From Stegostoma tigrinum (Eukaryota), in assembly GCF_030684315.1 (NCBI RefSeq), contig NC_081381.1, positions 28,475,114-28,539,113 on the forward strand: a stretch of DNA of 64,000 bases, written 5' to 3'. Shown here piece after piece: positions 45,301 to 60,300 of the stretch (its first letter is position 1; the number at the start of each line of letters is the position of its first letter). Below the pieces are notes generated by a model. That model did no database searches. It saw only the letters and a program-made list of their open reading frames with translations, and was not told where the DNA came from. The translations under genes were made by a program, and so were the position numbers.

Positions 45301-48300
45301 TGCTGTCTCTGTGTTATGTGTTTGTATTCTTCTCTGCACCCCCCGCCCCCCGCCATGTCCCATCTCTCCACCACCACTATTCCTGCTGTGATATTTAACA
45401 TTGTTACTGGTGTGTCCTAAAAAGAATCTGGGGAAGAATGGAATGGGTGTTACTTATCTACATATTTTATTATTTGACAGTTTCTCCAGAAGTTTCTCAA
45501 CTTTGACAATTGCAAAACCCTATTTATTCCCAAATAAAACACTTGACTTCATGAATAATTCAGGATGGTCAGAGTCGTGGACAACGAGCTACTTAATGGC
45601 AGTGCTGACTGAACTTCAAAATAATTACCGGTCTCTTAAAACACATCATCTTAATACTTCCCTTACTTGAGGGATGTAGTTATACTGGAGGCAGTTCAGA
45701 GAATGTTCAATAGATTGATTCTAAAAATGAGGAATTTGTCTCATGAGAGATTGAGCAGTTTACATCTATGTACTGTGGAATTTCGAAGATTGAGGGAAGA
45801 TCCAGTCGACGTATACAAGATGCTGAAGGGGATTGGCAAAGTGGACGTTAAAAGAATGTTTCTTTATGTAAGTCAATCTAGAATGTCAGGTCAGAAGTCT
45901 AAGAGGTAGCAGATTTAAAACAGATGAGAAACTACCTCTCGGTGTTGTGAATCTATAGAATTCAATATCCCGAGTGAAGTGGATGCTGAACATTGTGAGT
46001 AAATTTGAGGAGCTGGACAGATTTTTAGTTCATAATGGGTTGAAAATTACAAAGTGGGCAAGGAGGTGAAGTTGAAGCTGAGATGAAGTAAGCCATGATC
46101 ATATCAAATGGCAGAGCAGGCTCGGGGGTGCTGAAATACCTATACCTGCTCCTTGTCCTCGTGCTCAGATTATGAGAGAGGAAGGAAATTTCAAAAATTC
46201 CTTTATCTTTTGCAAACCTCCCAATTCTTATGCAAATTATTGCTGGCTGGTATTAAATAAACTAGATTTTCCAAATTCATGATAAAATGGACTCAACAAA
46301 ATTATCTATTAATCTCAATTGCTGATGTTTGTTTTTCTCTTCTACTGTTCTTGAGTGGCGATATTATATTGGCAACTCTGTCATTCTCCTCAAAAATTCA
46401 ATTTCCAAGGATATTTGAAATATTTCCCCCCCATTCAGATTCTAAAACTTTTGTCACCCAAGTTTTTATTACGTGAATTCAAACGCATTCAGATTTTTAA
46501 GTGCATTCGATCATTATGTCTCATTTACATATTGCCCCATTCTTGCCATTTTTAAAATTATTCATTCACAGGATGTAGCTGTCACTGGCTAGGCCGGCCT
46601 TTAGTGCCCAGAGAGCGGTTAAGAGACAGCCACATTGTTCTGGATCTGGAGTCACATGTAGACCAGACCAGGTTAGAATGGAGGATATTCCCTGCAGGAC
46701 ATTAGTGACCCAGACAGGTTTTTCCTGACTTTCAACATTGGTTTTGTGGTCATCACAGCATGATCAATTATAGATTTTTTTGTTTTCAATTGAATCTAAA
46801 ACCCGTCATCTGCCATGACGAGATTTGAATCTGGGTACCCAGATCGTTATTCGTATCTCTAGATTAACAGCCTAGTGATCATACCACTAGGCCAGTGCCT
46901 CCCTGTTTGAACATCTATCCATCAGTGTATAATCCAGAGTCTTTGATCTTTCCTGTGAATCCATCCATGGCTTACTGTCCTTCTGCAGTTAGCTCCAGTC
47001 CTGTTTTCTTCCATGGACTCTCTATTCAATCCACCTTTTGTTTACTGGATTCCCTCTGCTGTAGAGTTAGTGTTTTGTAGAAAGTAACAAAAAGCAATCA
47101 ATGTCTGCCAAACTGTTGTTCTATATCTTAAAGAATGGAAGTTATGCATCTGTGAAATGAGCCTTGGTCATGTCCTGTTTGAAGTATTGTGTACAGTTTT
47201 GGGCAGCATTCCTCAGGAAAGAGGTAATCACCTTTTGAGATCTGCAGCATATATTGATCAGAACCATCCTGAGGTTCAAGAGGGTTTAATTATGGAGACT
47301 AGTTGTAAAAATGTAGCCTGGATGCCTCTAGAGTTGAGCTTTAGCAATAAACTTGATAAGATGTTTAAACTATTAATTTGTTAGATTATGTTAAACTATT
47401 TTAAGGAGTTAATAAAAAGGGGCATAATGTTAATATTGAAGCTCATCTAATGAAGTATGAAATCAGTGATAATGGGAACTGCAGATGCTGGAGAATCCAA
47501 GATAATAAAGTGTGAAGCTGGATGAGCACAGCAGGCCAAGCAGCATCTCAGGAGCACAAAAGCTGATGTTTCGGGCCTAGACCCTTCATCAGAGAGGGGG
47601 ATGCGGTGAGGGTTCTGGAATAAATAGGGAGAGAGGGGGAGGCGGAACAAAGATGGAGAGAAAAGAAGATAGGTAGGGAGGGGGATAGGTCAGTCCAGAG
47701 AAGACGGACAGGGAGGTGGGATGAGGTTAGTAGGTAGGAAATGGAGGTGCGGCTTGGGGTGGGAGGAAGGGACGGGTGAAAGGAAGAACAGGTTAGGGAG
47801 GCAGAGACAGGCTGCGCTGGTTTTGGGATGCAGTGGGGGGAGGGGAAGAGCTGGGCTTGTTGTATGGTGCAGTGGGGGGGGTGGAGGGTGAGCTCCTTTC
47901 TGCAACACGCAGTCAGACAAATTGAGACAAAAATATGAATGGTTCTGATGAGAGTTCAATGACCTGAAAAATTAAGTGTTTTTCTTCTCAGACATTGTCT
48001 GGCCTACTAAGTTTGTTTTATCCATTGATTTTTGTTTTTAGTACAAATCTAGAACACTTTCTTACATCAAACTTATCCTGCTATCCCAAAAAACTCTGGA
48101 TGTCCAAGGCTAGTTGTAGGTGTCAAGACTGAGAATAGTTTTTTTTAAGTTAAGCTATTAGGGCAGTAGAATGAAAATCAGAAAATTAAATCAAGATGTG
48201 GATGAGTTGTGATCTAATTGAGTTGCAGAATGTGGGGATCTTGTATGACCTGTTCATGCTCCTAATAGTCATATGTTTAACCATCTCTCAGAAATTCCTT

Positions 48301-51300
48301 CTTTTGTTGCCTTCTTTTAAGGAGGTGACTTTCGCTTTTAACTTTTCCTCTGTTCTGATCTGGACTGAAATGTTTTGCTTTGTTCAGGATACGTATTTAG
48401 AATTTAAAGACCAATTATGCACCAACCTCAGTAAATTCTGTTAAAGCTTTATGATGGCTAGTTGAGAAAACAAGTGAATGACTGAAAAGTAGTAGTAAGG
48501 GAGTCTCAATAGTTTTGATTTGCTGATCAGAGGTGGAACAATGCCTTACATCATGGGAACCCTGGATAGCACTGACCTCAGCTAGAAGGAGCATGCGTCC
48601 AGAAATAGTTCAAGAACGAGCTTGGGTTTAGTGATGCCAATCATTGAAGAGCTTGTCAGGTATGAAAGATGGTACCTAGGAGATGGTGCCTGAATGTTCT
48701 CATCAAAATTCAGTAGGTGTAGGAAATTAATCAGTCAGGAAGAAGAAAAGATAACAAAATGACAAAAATACAACAGGAACCCTGAGAAGCTTTGTCCGAG
48801 TAGAAGGCTTTTTCCTAAGTTTGTGTTAAATTATATGTACTCTAAATATGTAACATTTTCCTTTTTTAAAATCCTATCATGTTATCCTCACTACTTCCTC
48901 CTCAGAAACACTTGATCCTTTTGATCAAGGGCCTTTGTACTGGTTGCAGCCGATTGGACAGGACTGAGATCATTACATTCACAGCAATGATGAAGTCAGC
49001 CAAACTTCCAATGACAATAAAAACTCTCTCAGATGGTAAGGCTTTGACCCTGATCATCAAAGATTATTTTGTGGGTATGGTTAATCTTTGTGCAGTTGAA
49101 TATCGACTGTTCTGCTGAATAAATTTTCTTATCAGTGAATCTCTTTACACAGTGGAGGATCAGAAAGACTCTGTCTCTCCAGTGACACCTGAACTCAGAC
49201 AGAAAGAAGTGCAAATGAATTTTTTAAGCCAGTTAACTTCAGTATTTGACCCAGATGTGTCAGCCTCATCTGCCCCTTCTCCGGTGGTTCAGGTATGGAT
49301 TTATGAAATAAATTCTGTGTATTTTCAAGTTGACCTTGTTAACATCGTTCCCTTTAGGTTGGATAGTTGGAGGTGCTGAGCACAAGTAATGTTCTCTTTT
49401 GTGGCACGTGCATACATGACCATGTGGCAGTTTTAAAAGGATTGTGTAGTTCCAGAAACTGGCCAAGCATGACAAACAGAATTCAGAAGAAATGTTACTC
49501 TGTTTTTGTTTTACAGCCATTAACAGATGTCCTGTGGTAGAATACCTGAGATTTCAGATATTGTGAAACATGGTTAAAAATGTGATGGTGATGTGGCATA
49601 GTTAAAGGATACCATACTTCATTGCTGGTAGAAAAAAAAGGCCATTCTTTTAGAATAAGTTTACGCCAATAAACTCTAGACAAATTTTGATTCAATGTGA
49701 TGATTTTGTTGTGTTACTTCTGAAACAAAGCTTGTCTTTAAACCTTCAAAACTTATAAAGATGGTATGTATGTACTAAGGGTAGGAGTTTTAGGAAACAA
49801 AACTTTTTTTTTTTAGTTTTCACTCCTAATCAACATTAAGTACTGTGGATGATGTTCAGTAGGATAAGCACCCTCTCTCCCCGCATAGGAGCAGGAAGCC
49901 ATTGATCCTGTCAGAAATTTAATTGGATGATCCACCTGATCTTTTCAAATTCAAAGGTCATGTATTCTGTACCACAGGAGCAACTGTCACTGTGCCAATG
50001 CAATAATAGCCACCTGCACTATTTGCTTGAATTTGTACCAGTTCAATGGAAGTTAGTGCTCAAAAATTATTAGCTGTATTTTGACATGGACTTGTACCTA
50101 CTGGGAACTGGATCAAAGTTGCCTCAAACTTTGTCTATAAATGCCTAGTTAACTGTTAAGCTTGTTTTGATGCCAGCTAGAAGATGACAATGCAGTATTT
50201 TGTGCATTGCGACTTAGTCCCAAATTTATTTATGTTGTCTATTTGGGGATTTTTCACCTGAGTATAAATAATTCTATACATGTTTAGAGGGTGGTTAATA
50301 GCAAATGTAGCAAAGAGATATAATAAGGAGTTAGAATGACTGCTTCTGTAGGGGAAGGGATTAGGAATGATCTAGACTGAGATATTTACCTAATCATTCC
50401 ATGCTGTAATTTCTGTATAATTTCTTTATTTCTGTCAGGTGGTTGGTGAAAGTGATGAACAAACTGGAACTGATCAAGCAACTGTTGCCAAAATGAAAAG
50501 TGCTTTTGTTGCACAAAACGTGTCCAGTTTACAAGCACTGGGTGAGATTCGAATCAAATCCTCACTACTCATTATAATAACAATAACATAAACAACAACA
50601 ACTAATCCCCCACTAGTCATTCATGTGATTAGTCTTTATTATGAATATAAGAATTGTTCTCAATAAATTGGGGAATATTAGTGAAAAAAGTCCTTTTCAT
50701 ACAGCTACTGTATCTTCAAAGCATTCAGTCTCTTCACCACCAATGCTCAGTGGCATCAGTGTGTACTATGTACAAGATGCAGTGCAGAAATTTGCCAAAA
50801 GTCCTTTGACAGCATCTTCTAAACCCGTGGCCAGTTCCATCTCAAAGGACTAGGGCATCAGATATGTTGGACCATCACTATCTGCAAGTTCTCCTCCAAG
50901 TCATTCACCATCCTAACTTGGAAATGTATTACCATACCTTCTGTTACTGGGTCAAAATCCTGGAATTGCCTCCCTAATGTTATTGAGATTTCCTGCCGCA
51001 CATGGACTACAGGAGTTCAAGAATGTAGCTTGCCACCACCTTCTCAAGGGCAACTAAAGACAAGCAATAAATGCTGGCTAGCAGCAGTGCTCGTATCCCA
51101 TGAATGAATAGAGAAAGGAAAAATGAAGCAAATAATATTAGTTTTCTATTGTTATTGAATTACTTAGGTTTTGTTAAAGTCAGTCTTGAGAAACATTAAG
51201 AACACGTTCACAAAATTTGTTGAGCAACCATTATGTGCCGGATATTGTGCATGCTCTTCTATTTCACCCTGTCATCGTCCTTCCGTCCTTCCCATCTTTG

Positions 51301-54300
51301 ACTCATGAGGGCTGGGTCCCAATGTTAAATATAAACTGACTTAATTTGGGAATACAGCTGTTGACCATTTTGACCATTCTTCTGGCATTGTGACAGTAGT
51401 GCAAAATATGCTGTCTGTGGACTTTGAGCCTGTTGTGATTGGGTAACTCCCCAGTTGTTGAGCCTGATGCAAGATTGAAACACTTGAACATATAAGAAAG
51501 AGTACGGAATATCTGGATTCTGGTTAAGAACACATTCGTACCTATTAGAGAGCCAGATACAGGAAGTGTGTGTAATTGGCAGCAGGGTCAAGGAAATCTA
51601 GCAGGATTGCACTAAAAAGCAGTCAGTGCTGAATTCTGTAAGTAGAAGTATAATCAACCTTATTGGATTCTTTCAAAAAGTAACGAGTACCTGCTATTGG
51701 CATGCAAACATAAGAGGGTCAGAGCATATCATCGGGGCAGCTAGTGGAGTAGATTCGAAAATGGTGACAAACCTGAAGTACAAATGAGGTGTTTGAGGAA
51801 ATTTCTGAGAAATGCAAAAAGTTGGAAGATGTCCAACAGAGACCACTTTTGCTTGTCACGTACATGATTTATTTGGATTTGAGAATTGACCATTTTGATG
51901 AAACTTGCAGATGACATTAAATAATGTGGAAACAAATGTGGAGGACTGTATCCAAAAGTTGGAAGACAAAATCCAGGCTTGCACCCGAGCACAGCCCAGA
52001 CCAGACAGCAGGATTTCTTTTTCATGTTAGAGAATTTTGCTGTTTGAGATTTTTGAAACAGAGCTTCATACTCAGTTTTTGATACAAAAGAATACTACAG
52101 ACTATAGGGTCATAATCTTTTTCTGAATATGGGTTGAACAGTCGACACCTTCTAGTTCTTTGAGTACTTGATTTGTTTTCCAAGTGGTTAGTACTTTTCC
52201 TCTCAATATAAAAATGCACAGATCACTTCTGTTGGATCTAAGTTTCGGACCTCTGAGTCCTCTCTGTCTACTTCCATTTGCATGGTTAAACTGATGTACT
52301 TACTCAATGGTAACATGGAACTTTGACTTCTTTCACCTGTTCTGTTGTAGGAGGCTCTGAGAAGTTGCTACGTGTCTGTTTAAACCTCCCTTACTTTCTG
52401 CGCTACATCAACCGCTTCCAGGATGCTGTCTCTGCCAATTCCTTTTTCATAATGCCTGCAACAGTTGCAGATGCAACTGCTGTGCGAAATGGGTGAGTTG
52501 CAAATGCCAATTGAGGACCAATGGACATGATGTATGATCATATCTTTGACTGAAAAGACCACCGTGTATTGATTGGTTGCTGTTAACCAGCATCAGTCTG
52601 TTTCCTTTTCTTGTTCGTGTCACGTGTTAAAGTAAAGACTTCTTTTGAGCGGGGAGTAATATACATGTGGGGCTCCTACTAAAGCTATCTAAGGCTGTAG
52701 TTAGGCCGCAGCTGGAGTACAGTGAACAATTTGCTCCCTTTTATCTAAAGATAGCCAATCTTGTGTGGATCTAAGTGGCTCCTGGGAATGGAGATATTTT
52801 CTTAGAAGGAGTTGTTGAGTAGTTTGGACCTGTATTCATTGAAGCTTAGGTGAATGAGAGAGGTGTGATGGGGTAGATGTTGAGAGATTGTTACCCCTTG
52901 GGGGAGAAACTTGGACATAATTTCAGTAAAGGGGGATACCCATTTAAGATAGATATCGAGAAATTTCTTTTGAGGGTACTGAATCTGGAATATTTACTGC
53001 AGAGTACTATTGAGGCTGGGTTGTTCAGTATATTCAAGGCTAAGGTTGATATATTTTTAATCAGCAAGGAAATTAAGGTTTATGGAGATAAGGCATGAAA
53101 GGGGAGTTGAGAAGTATTGGGTCAGCCATGACCTCAATGAATTCAAACCATATTCAGTGGGCTGAGTGGTATACTTCTGCTCCTGCACATTATGGTTTAA
53201 TGGTTAACTCCAGTGGAAATTAATCTGACTGTGACGAATTTAGTGACCACTCCACTTAAACTCTGCTGTAGGGACATTTTTGACTTCTACAGTGCTTGGT
53301 TTTCTAAGATGCTGTTATTGTTTCTTCAGATTCCATTCCCTGGTTATTGATGTTACCATGGCTTTAGACACACTCTCTCTGCCCGTTCTTGAGCCACTGA
53401 CCCCTGCGAGACTGCAAGATGTGACTGTATTGGCCCTGAGTTGCCTGTATGCAGGTCAGTTTGAGAAAGAATAAAGCAACTTCCCACGCTGGGTACCATG
53501 AGGTCTCATTTGCAGGGTGAATGCTTATTTTAAGTGCTGTTGTTCATAGGAAATGAAATTTGGGATTTATATGGAGTTTGACAAACTTAATCCTGACATT
53601 TATTTAATTTATTTATTTATTTATTTCATTCATTCATTCATTCATTCTTTGGATATGGCTGTGGTAACCAGGCCCGCATTTGTTACCCACCCCTAATTGC
53701 CAAGAGGGCAATTAAGAATTGACCACATTGTTGTGTTTCTGGAGTTGTGTACACGTCATATGAGGTTAGGTTGGTTAATCCCCTTCCCTCAGGGGCATTA
53801 GTGAACAAAATGTTGTTACATGACAATCAGCAGTTAGGTAGTTGCCATTAGGCTAGTTTGTCTTTGAATTTTTTTTTAATTGAATTCTGATCTCGCCATT
53901 GAACATGGTGGGAATTTGAACTCATGTTGCCGAGAGTTCTGGATTACTAAGCAAGTGATAAATTCACAATGCTACCATTTCCACACTTGTTTCCATCTTG
54001 TGGACTATTTTGGTAGATGCTTATTGAACATTACTACCATCTTGATAACTTGCACATTATTTTTGCTCACTTGTCAGTTGAGTTTACCACTTTTGTATTT
54101 ACACTGGGTCAATGTTACCATGTCACTTGTCCAGTGCAGTAATCTTTTGCTAGAGTTGCTACTTGGTTTTTCCAGCACAGACAAATGAAACCTCACTTCA
54201 TACAGTAAACACTTGCCTTCAGGAGATGGTATCATATCCAAATTTTAGGTATAATAATGTTAATTAGATGACTAAATCCCAGTGTTCCCTTTCACCAGGA

Positions 54301-57300
54301 GTAAGTGTTGCAACATGCATGGCTATTCTACATGTGGGTAGCAGCCTGCAAGTACGATCTGGGTCCACCAGTAAGGAAGAAGACTATGAGAGTGATGCAG
54401 CCACAATAGTACAGAAATGTGTAAGTACTGAATAAGTGGGTTAGGGGTTTTGTTGAATTTGGCCTGTTTTGGTTGACCTTGTCATTGGAAGAAAAATATT
54501 TGCTTCATCAAATTATTTCCTATCAGGGCCAAATGATCTTCATTCAGTCTAATCCAACCTGACCTGGTGTGTATCTTGAATTGACATTGTCTCCTGCCGT
54601 TTCTCTTCCCCATATCTTACCATAGATATCCCATGTCCTATCATAGAATCACTGTAAATGTGAGGCTGGGTTCACAAGTTGTTCGTAGTTATTTTTATTC
54701 AACCTGTTCAGAAATGTCATTAAACACCACCAGGTGATGGGATTTGAGCCCAAGTGTCTTGGTTCAGAGGTTAGGGACATTACCACGGCTACACAAGCCC
54801 TCCAGTACTTATGTTTATTGTTTGAGAACATTACTAAATTAATGTACTATTCATCATTTACAGCTGGAAATCTATGACATGATTGGCCAAGCAATTAACA
54901 GCTCACGACGTGCAGGTGGTGAGGTAAGGAGTAGGTTTGGTATTTTACTGATTGAGTAGGAAAAAAAGTTGTTGAATTTACAAAACCTTTGCATGTAGAA
55001 AAGGCGGAGGTTGTTTTGCAGTTCATGTGCAGAAAACATTGGCTGTATATTCTGTGGATGAATATGATGTGAAATTGCTGCATATGATCTAGGTTAGAAT
55101 ATAGAACATTACAACACAGTACAGGCTCTTCGGCCCTCGATGTTGTGCCGACCTGTCATACCGATCTGAAGCCCACCTAACCCACACTATTCCACTTACG
55201 TCCATATGCTTATCCAATGACAACTTAAATGTACCTAAAGCTGGTGAATCTACTACTGTTGCAGGCAAAGCGTTCCATTCCCTTACTACTCTGAGTAAAG
55301 AAACTACCTCTGACATCTGTCCCATATCTTTCGCCCCTCAATTTAAAGCTATGCCCCCTCGTGCTCGCCGTCACCATCCTTGGAAAAAGGCTGTCCCTAT
55401 CCACCCTATCTAACCCTCTGATTATTTTATATGTTTCTATTAAGTCACCTCTCAACCTTCTTCTCTCTAATGAAAACAGCCTCAAGTCCCTCAGCCTTTC
55501 CTCGTAAGACCTTCCCTCCATACCAGGCAACATCCTAGTAAATCTCCTCTGCACCCTTTCCAAAGCTTCCACATCCTTCTTATGATGCAGTGACCAGAAC
55601 TGTACATGATACTCCAAGTGCGGCCGCACCAGAGTTTTGTACAGCTTCACCATAACCTCTTGGTTCCAGAACACACTCCCTCTATTAATAAAAGCTAAAA
55701 CACTGTATGCCTTCTTAACAGCCCTGTCAACCTGGGTGGCAACTTTCAAGGATCTGTGTACATGGACACCGAGATCTCTCTGCTCATCTACACTACTAAG
55801 AATCTTACCATTAGCCCAGTACTTTGCCTTCCGGTTACTCCTACCAAAGTGCATCACCTCACACTTGTCTGCATTAAACTCCATTTGCCACCTCTCAGCC
55901 CAGCTCTGCAGCTTATCTATGTCTCTCTGCAGCCTACAGCATCCCTCGTCACTATCCACAACTCCACCGACCTTAGTGTCGTCTGCAAATTTACTAACCC
56001 ATCCTTCTACGCCCTCATCCAGGTCATTTATAAAAATGACAAACAACAGTGGACCCAACACTTGCGGTACATCACTAGTAACTGGTCTCCAGGATGAACG
56101 TTTCCCATCAACTTCCACCTCTGTCTTCTTTCAGCAAGCCAATTTCCGATCCAAACTGCTATATCTCCCACAATTCCATTCCTCTGCATTTTGTATAATA
56201 GCCTATTCACTCTAGAAAACGACAATGTTGCCGAGGACAATACTGAGATACAGGCTACTAGACTCAGTGTGATTGAGGCTCACAAGGAAGAGGTATTAGA
56301 AATCCTTCAGAGGGTGAAGGTAGATAAGTCCCCTGGGCCGGATGGAATTTATCCTTGGATCCTCTGGGAAGCCAGGGAGGAGATTGCCGAGCCTTTGGCA
56401 TTGATCTTTAACTCGTCATTGTCTACAGGAATAGTGCCAGATGACTGGAGGATAGCAAATGTGGTTCCCCTGTTCAAGAAGGGGAGTAGAGACAACCCTG
56501 GTAATTATAGACCAGTGAGCCTTACCTCGGTTGTTGGTAAAGTGTTGGAAAAGGTTATAAGGGATAGGATTTATAATCATCTAGAAAAAAATAATTTGAT
56601 TAGGGATAGTCAGCAAGGTTTTGTGAAGGGAAGGTCGTGCCTCACAAACCTTATTGAGTTCTTTTAGAAGGTGACCAAACAGGTAGATGAGAGTCAACCG
56701 GTTGTGGTGTATATGTTGTTGTTTCCTGAGTTTGTAACATCTGTGTGTCACCTAAGAATAACTCTGAACAGTCGGGAATGTGTTTGATTCCACAGGCCCC
56801 AATCCAGTGTGGTTCTTAAAAGCTTTATTTTTGTAATTCAGTGAAACTGGCAAGACAAATCCCCATTCTGAGAATGTTTTGGTACCTTGTGGTAAATTTT
56901 GCTTCCTTGATGCTGTTTGGTATAGAATTGCTGGATATTTGCTAATTAGCAATGAAAGATAGGATAGGATGATGTGTAACTTGGAGGTATTTATTCTTTC
57001 ATGGGAGACTGTTACTCGCAAGACCAAAGTTTGTTGCCCACCCCTCGTTAGCCTTGAACTGAAGAGGTTGCTAGGCCATTTCAGAGGACAGATTGAATCA
57101 ACTACGTTGTGGGTTTAGAGTTATGTGTAGGCCATGCCCTGGGTATGGATGATAGATTTCCTTTCTTAAAGAACATTGAACTTTAGATGGTGTATTAATT
57201 ATTGCTGTTCTTGTCCTTCTCAGTGATATGAATCAGATTAGTTAGGAATTACTGGAGTCATCTTGATAGATTGTCGCTGTGAAATCTTTGAGTTCATTGT

Positions 57301-60300
57301 CGTTACACGGCTGGAGTAGGCAGAAATCAAATCACTGGAACAATAAATTGAATTGCTTCATTTTGAGTGTGCAAGTCTACTTGAATGTTGAGTACCCGAC
57401 TCCAGTTTTGATCCTTGAAGATGCTTTGATGTATCTGGACATGAACAAGACATTAGCATATTACTAGCCTCTGTTCGTACAGTTTATTTGGTATTGATAT
57501 AGCTAATTCCATGTTAAGGTATTGATGGTTTGGTGATTAACAATGATAGCCATGGCTTAATAACTGGCCTTTCTCTTGTTCAAGATGATGATTGCACATA
57601 ATTAAAAATTTTAGTATATCTTTGTAGAATACATATAGTTACAGGCAGTTAAATGCCACATATTGCTTGACATTTGTCAGCAAAAGTCTGAAATATATCT
57701 GCAGCTAGCATGACTGCTTCATTTTTGGAGGAGTTGGCTAATGGAGCTGAATATTATCATATTTATAGCAAACAAGAAGAGACAGGCAGAGAACATCGTT
57801 GATGCATTTGGCAAAGAGAGTTGCATTGAGGTTACTCCTTTGTAAATTTTCTACAGTGATGCCCTTAGGGTGTAATGTTTGGCCTCCAACAGCTACACCA
57901 TCTTTCTTTGCTTCTGGTACAACACCCTACTCCCCAACGCAAGGCCAGGCATTTAGCTGCATTGAGATTTGGACGTCAGTGGTTCTAGCCAATTCCAAAT
58001 TGCTCACCTGGTTATGAAAATACGATGCTTGATGGCACTATCGGCAAGTCTTCCATCACTCTGTTAGTAATATGACAGTTATTGATTTGGTTAAATTTAG
58101 CGTGTTTTTCTGTGGAAATGGCATACTGTGGAATTTTTCACAATATGTGGAGGTGTCAGTGTCATACTTGTGTTCATGCACTTTGGCTTTGGAAATTGAG
58201 TGTTCTGTCATGTGCAGCTTTAACACAACAGTTTAAATATCAGCAGGACAAAAGTTTTTGCTGTGTCCAGTGTGGAAAGTCATTTCACTGTTATGTAGAG
58301 TGACTTTGCAAAAATGGTTGAGTTGAAGTTACTCCATTGTAAATATCCTGTAGTGATGCCCTTAGGCTGTCATTTTTGGCCTCCAACAGCTACACTATCA
58401 TTCTTTGCTTCTGGTTTTGTGATTCTTAAGGTTATCATAGGTTATTATACAAATGGAAGTTATCAATCATTTGTGTGATGCAAGCTTTTGTGAAAATGAA
58501 TGGTTACAAATGTGGGGAATACCACTTTATACTTGTGTAACCTTTTTGCAAAATGTCCTTCCTGCTCTGTGCACCTTTCATCGATATGAGCAAGACTTTT
58601 GTGTTTCTGAATTTCAGACTCTTAATTCCATCATACAAAACTCTGCAAATTAACTGTTACAATATATGGTAACAGTCAATGTATAGACGGACATCTTCAA
58701 TGTATTGTTAGAAATTCAACTGCGCTGAAAGAAGTTCTTTATCATGTAATCAGTAGGTGGATTTGAATGTAGCTAAACGTTTCATGTAGAGTACACCATG
58801 GGATATTAAACTAGCTGTATGTTTTGAAAGCATTGGTTGGGCACAGTTGTTGGCTGAATTGTTCTTTTTGCGTTCTCTCACCAGCATTATCAGAATTTCC
58901 AATTATTAGGGGCCTGGTGTTTGCTAAACAGCCTGTACCTGATCCTGAACCTCAGTCCAACAGCACTGGCAGAAAAGGGGAAAGAAAAAGACCCACTGGC
59001 TGCACTGCGAGTTCGTAACATTGCTGCCCGAATGAAGGAAGGAGCTGGATCCCCCAAGCTAGCTCCTGTTAAAGGGTCAGTAAAGAATCCATAGATAAGT
59101 TTTTCAAAAATGATTGGTGCCTTAAGATCAGCACTGGGAGATATAATTCTGTAACATTCTTAACCATTCAATATCCATCTGTTGAATTAGGCAGCAGAAG
59201 ACTTTGAGGTTTACGTTTTAAATTTATAATTTAGCCGAAACATCAGTTTCCCTTTGAGCTATATAGCAGAAGAGAGACCTTTTTGGTCCATCTTGCCCAT
59301 GGCAGTCATCAAGCACTGATTGTTGTCTTATTATCCAGCATTTGCTGTAGTCTACTTGGTATCACACTTAAAATGATCATCGAAACTCTCCTTTGTTGTG
59401 ATGGTTCCTGCATTGAGGTCTCCGATACCACCATATCCTGGCAAACATTCTTCCTTTAAAGCTTCTCTGAACCTGCTGTCCTTTTACCTTGCATCTCTGC
59501 CTGGTTATTTATCTGGAAAGGCTTCTTCCCATCTATATTCCTCATAATTTATAAAACTCCAGCAAGGCCTCTTGCGGCCTTCTCTACTCAGGTATGCCAT
59601 TTACACACACGTGCATGTTTTATTTTACCACCATATCACCCAGGTTGCAAATTTTAAAAAATCAACTACAAAGCAGTGCTCATCAGGTGCAGTGCAAGAA
59701 CCCAGCTCTTTTTCTTTATTTTCTATTCGCCCTGTTCAGAGCTGTCATCCTAGGTAGATGGGAAATGCAGGGTTACAGGGATCGAGTAGCGAGGTGAGTC
59801 TGGGTGGGATGCTTTTCAGAGAGTCTGTGTAGACTTGTTGGGCCGACTGTAGGGGTTCTATGATGCTCGAACCCAAGTCTCCTGGCTTGCAATGTAGGGA
59901 CACTGTCACTGTACTAACGTCTAAATGGAATCCTGTGAGCCTCACTTTTTTCTCTTAGTCTGAACCTGCTTTTGTTACACACATTGAATTCTTCCACTTT
60001 CAGTTCCAGCCTGAAATAATTATTCTACAGTAGCAGTGTGCTTAATTGCATAGGAAAACAATGAATTCTGAAACTGCAAAATAGAACAGATGGATGATTG
60101 ATTCCTTACAAAACATCACATTAGTCACCATATTTCAGATACTGATGGAGCAATATCTTGTTATTTTTAAATCCCTGATTCCCAGTATTCAGTTTTCTAA
60201 CTTTTCTACATAATTGCGCCTGGTTTTCTTTTATTTCAGTTTTATCTTGTTGACTGTTTATACTAAGTTTATATTTACCCCTGAAGTAGGACAGCAGAGG

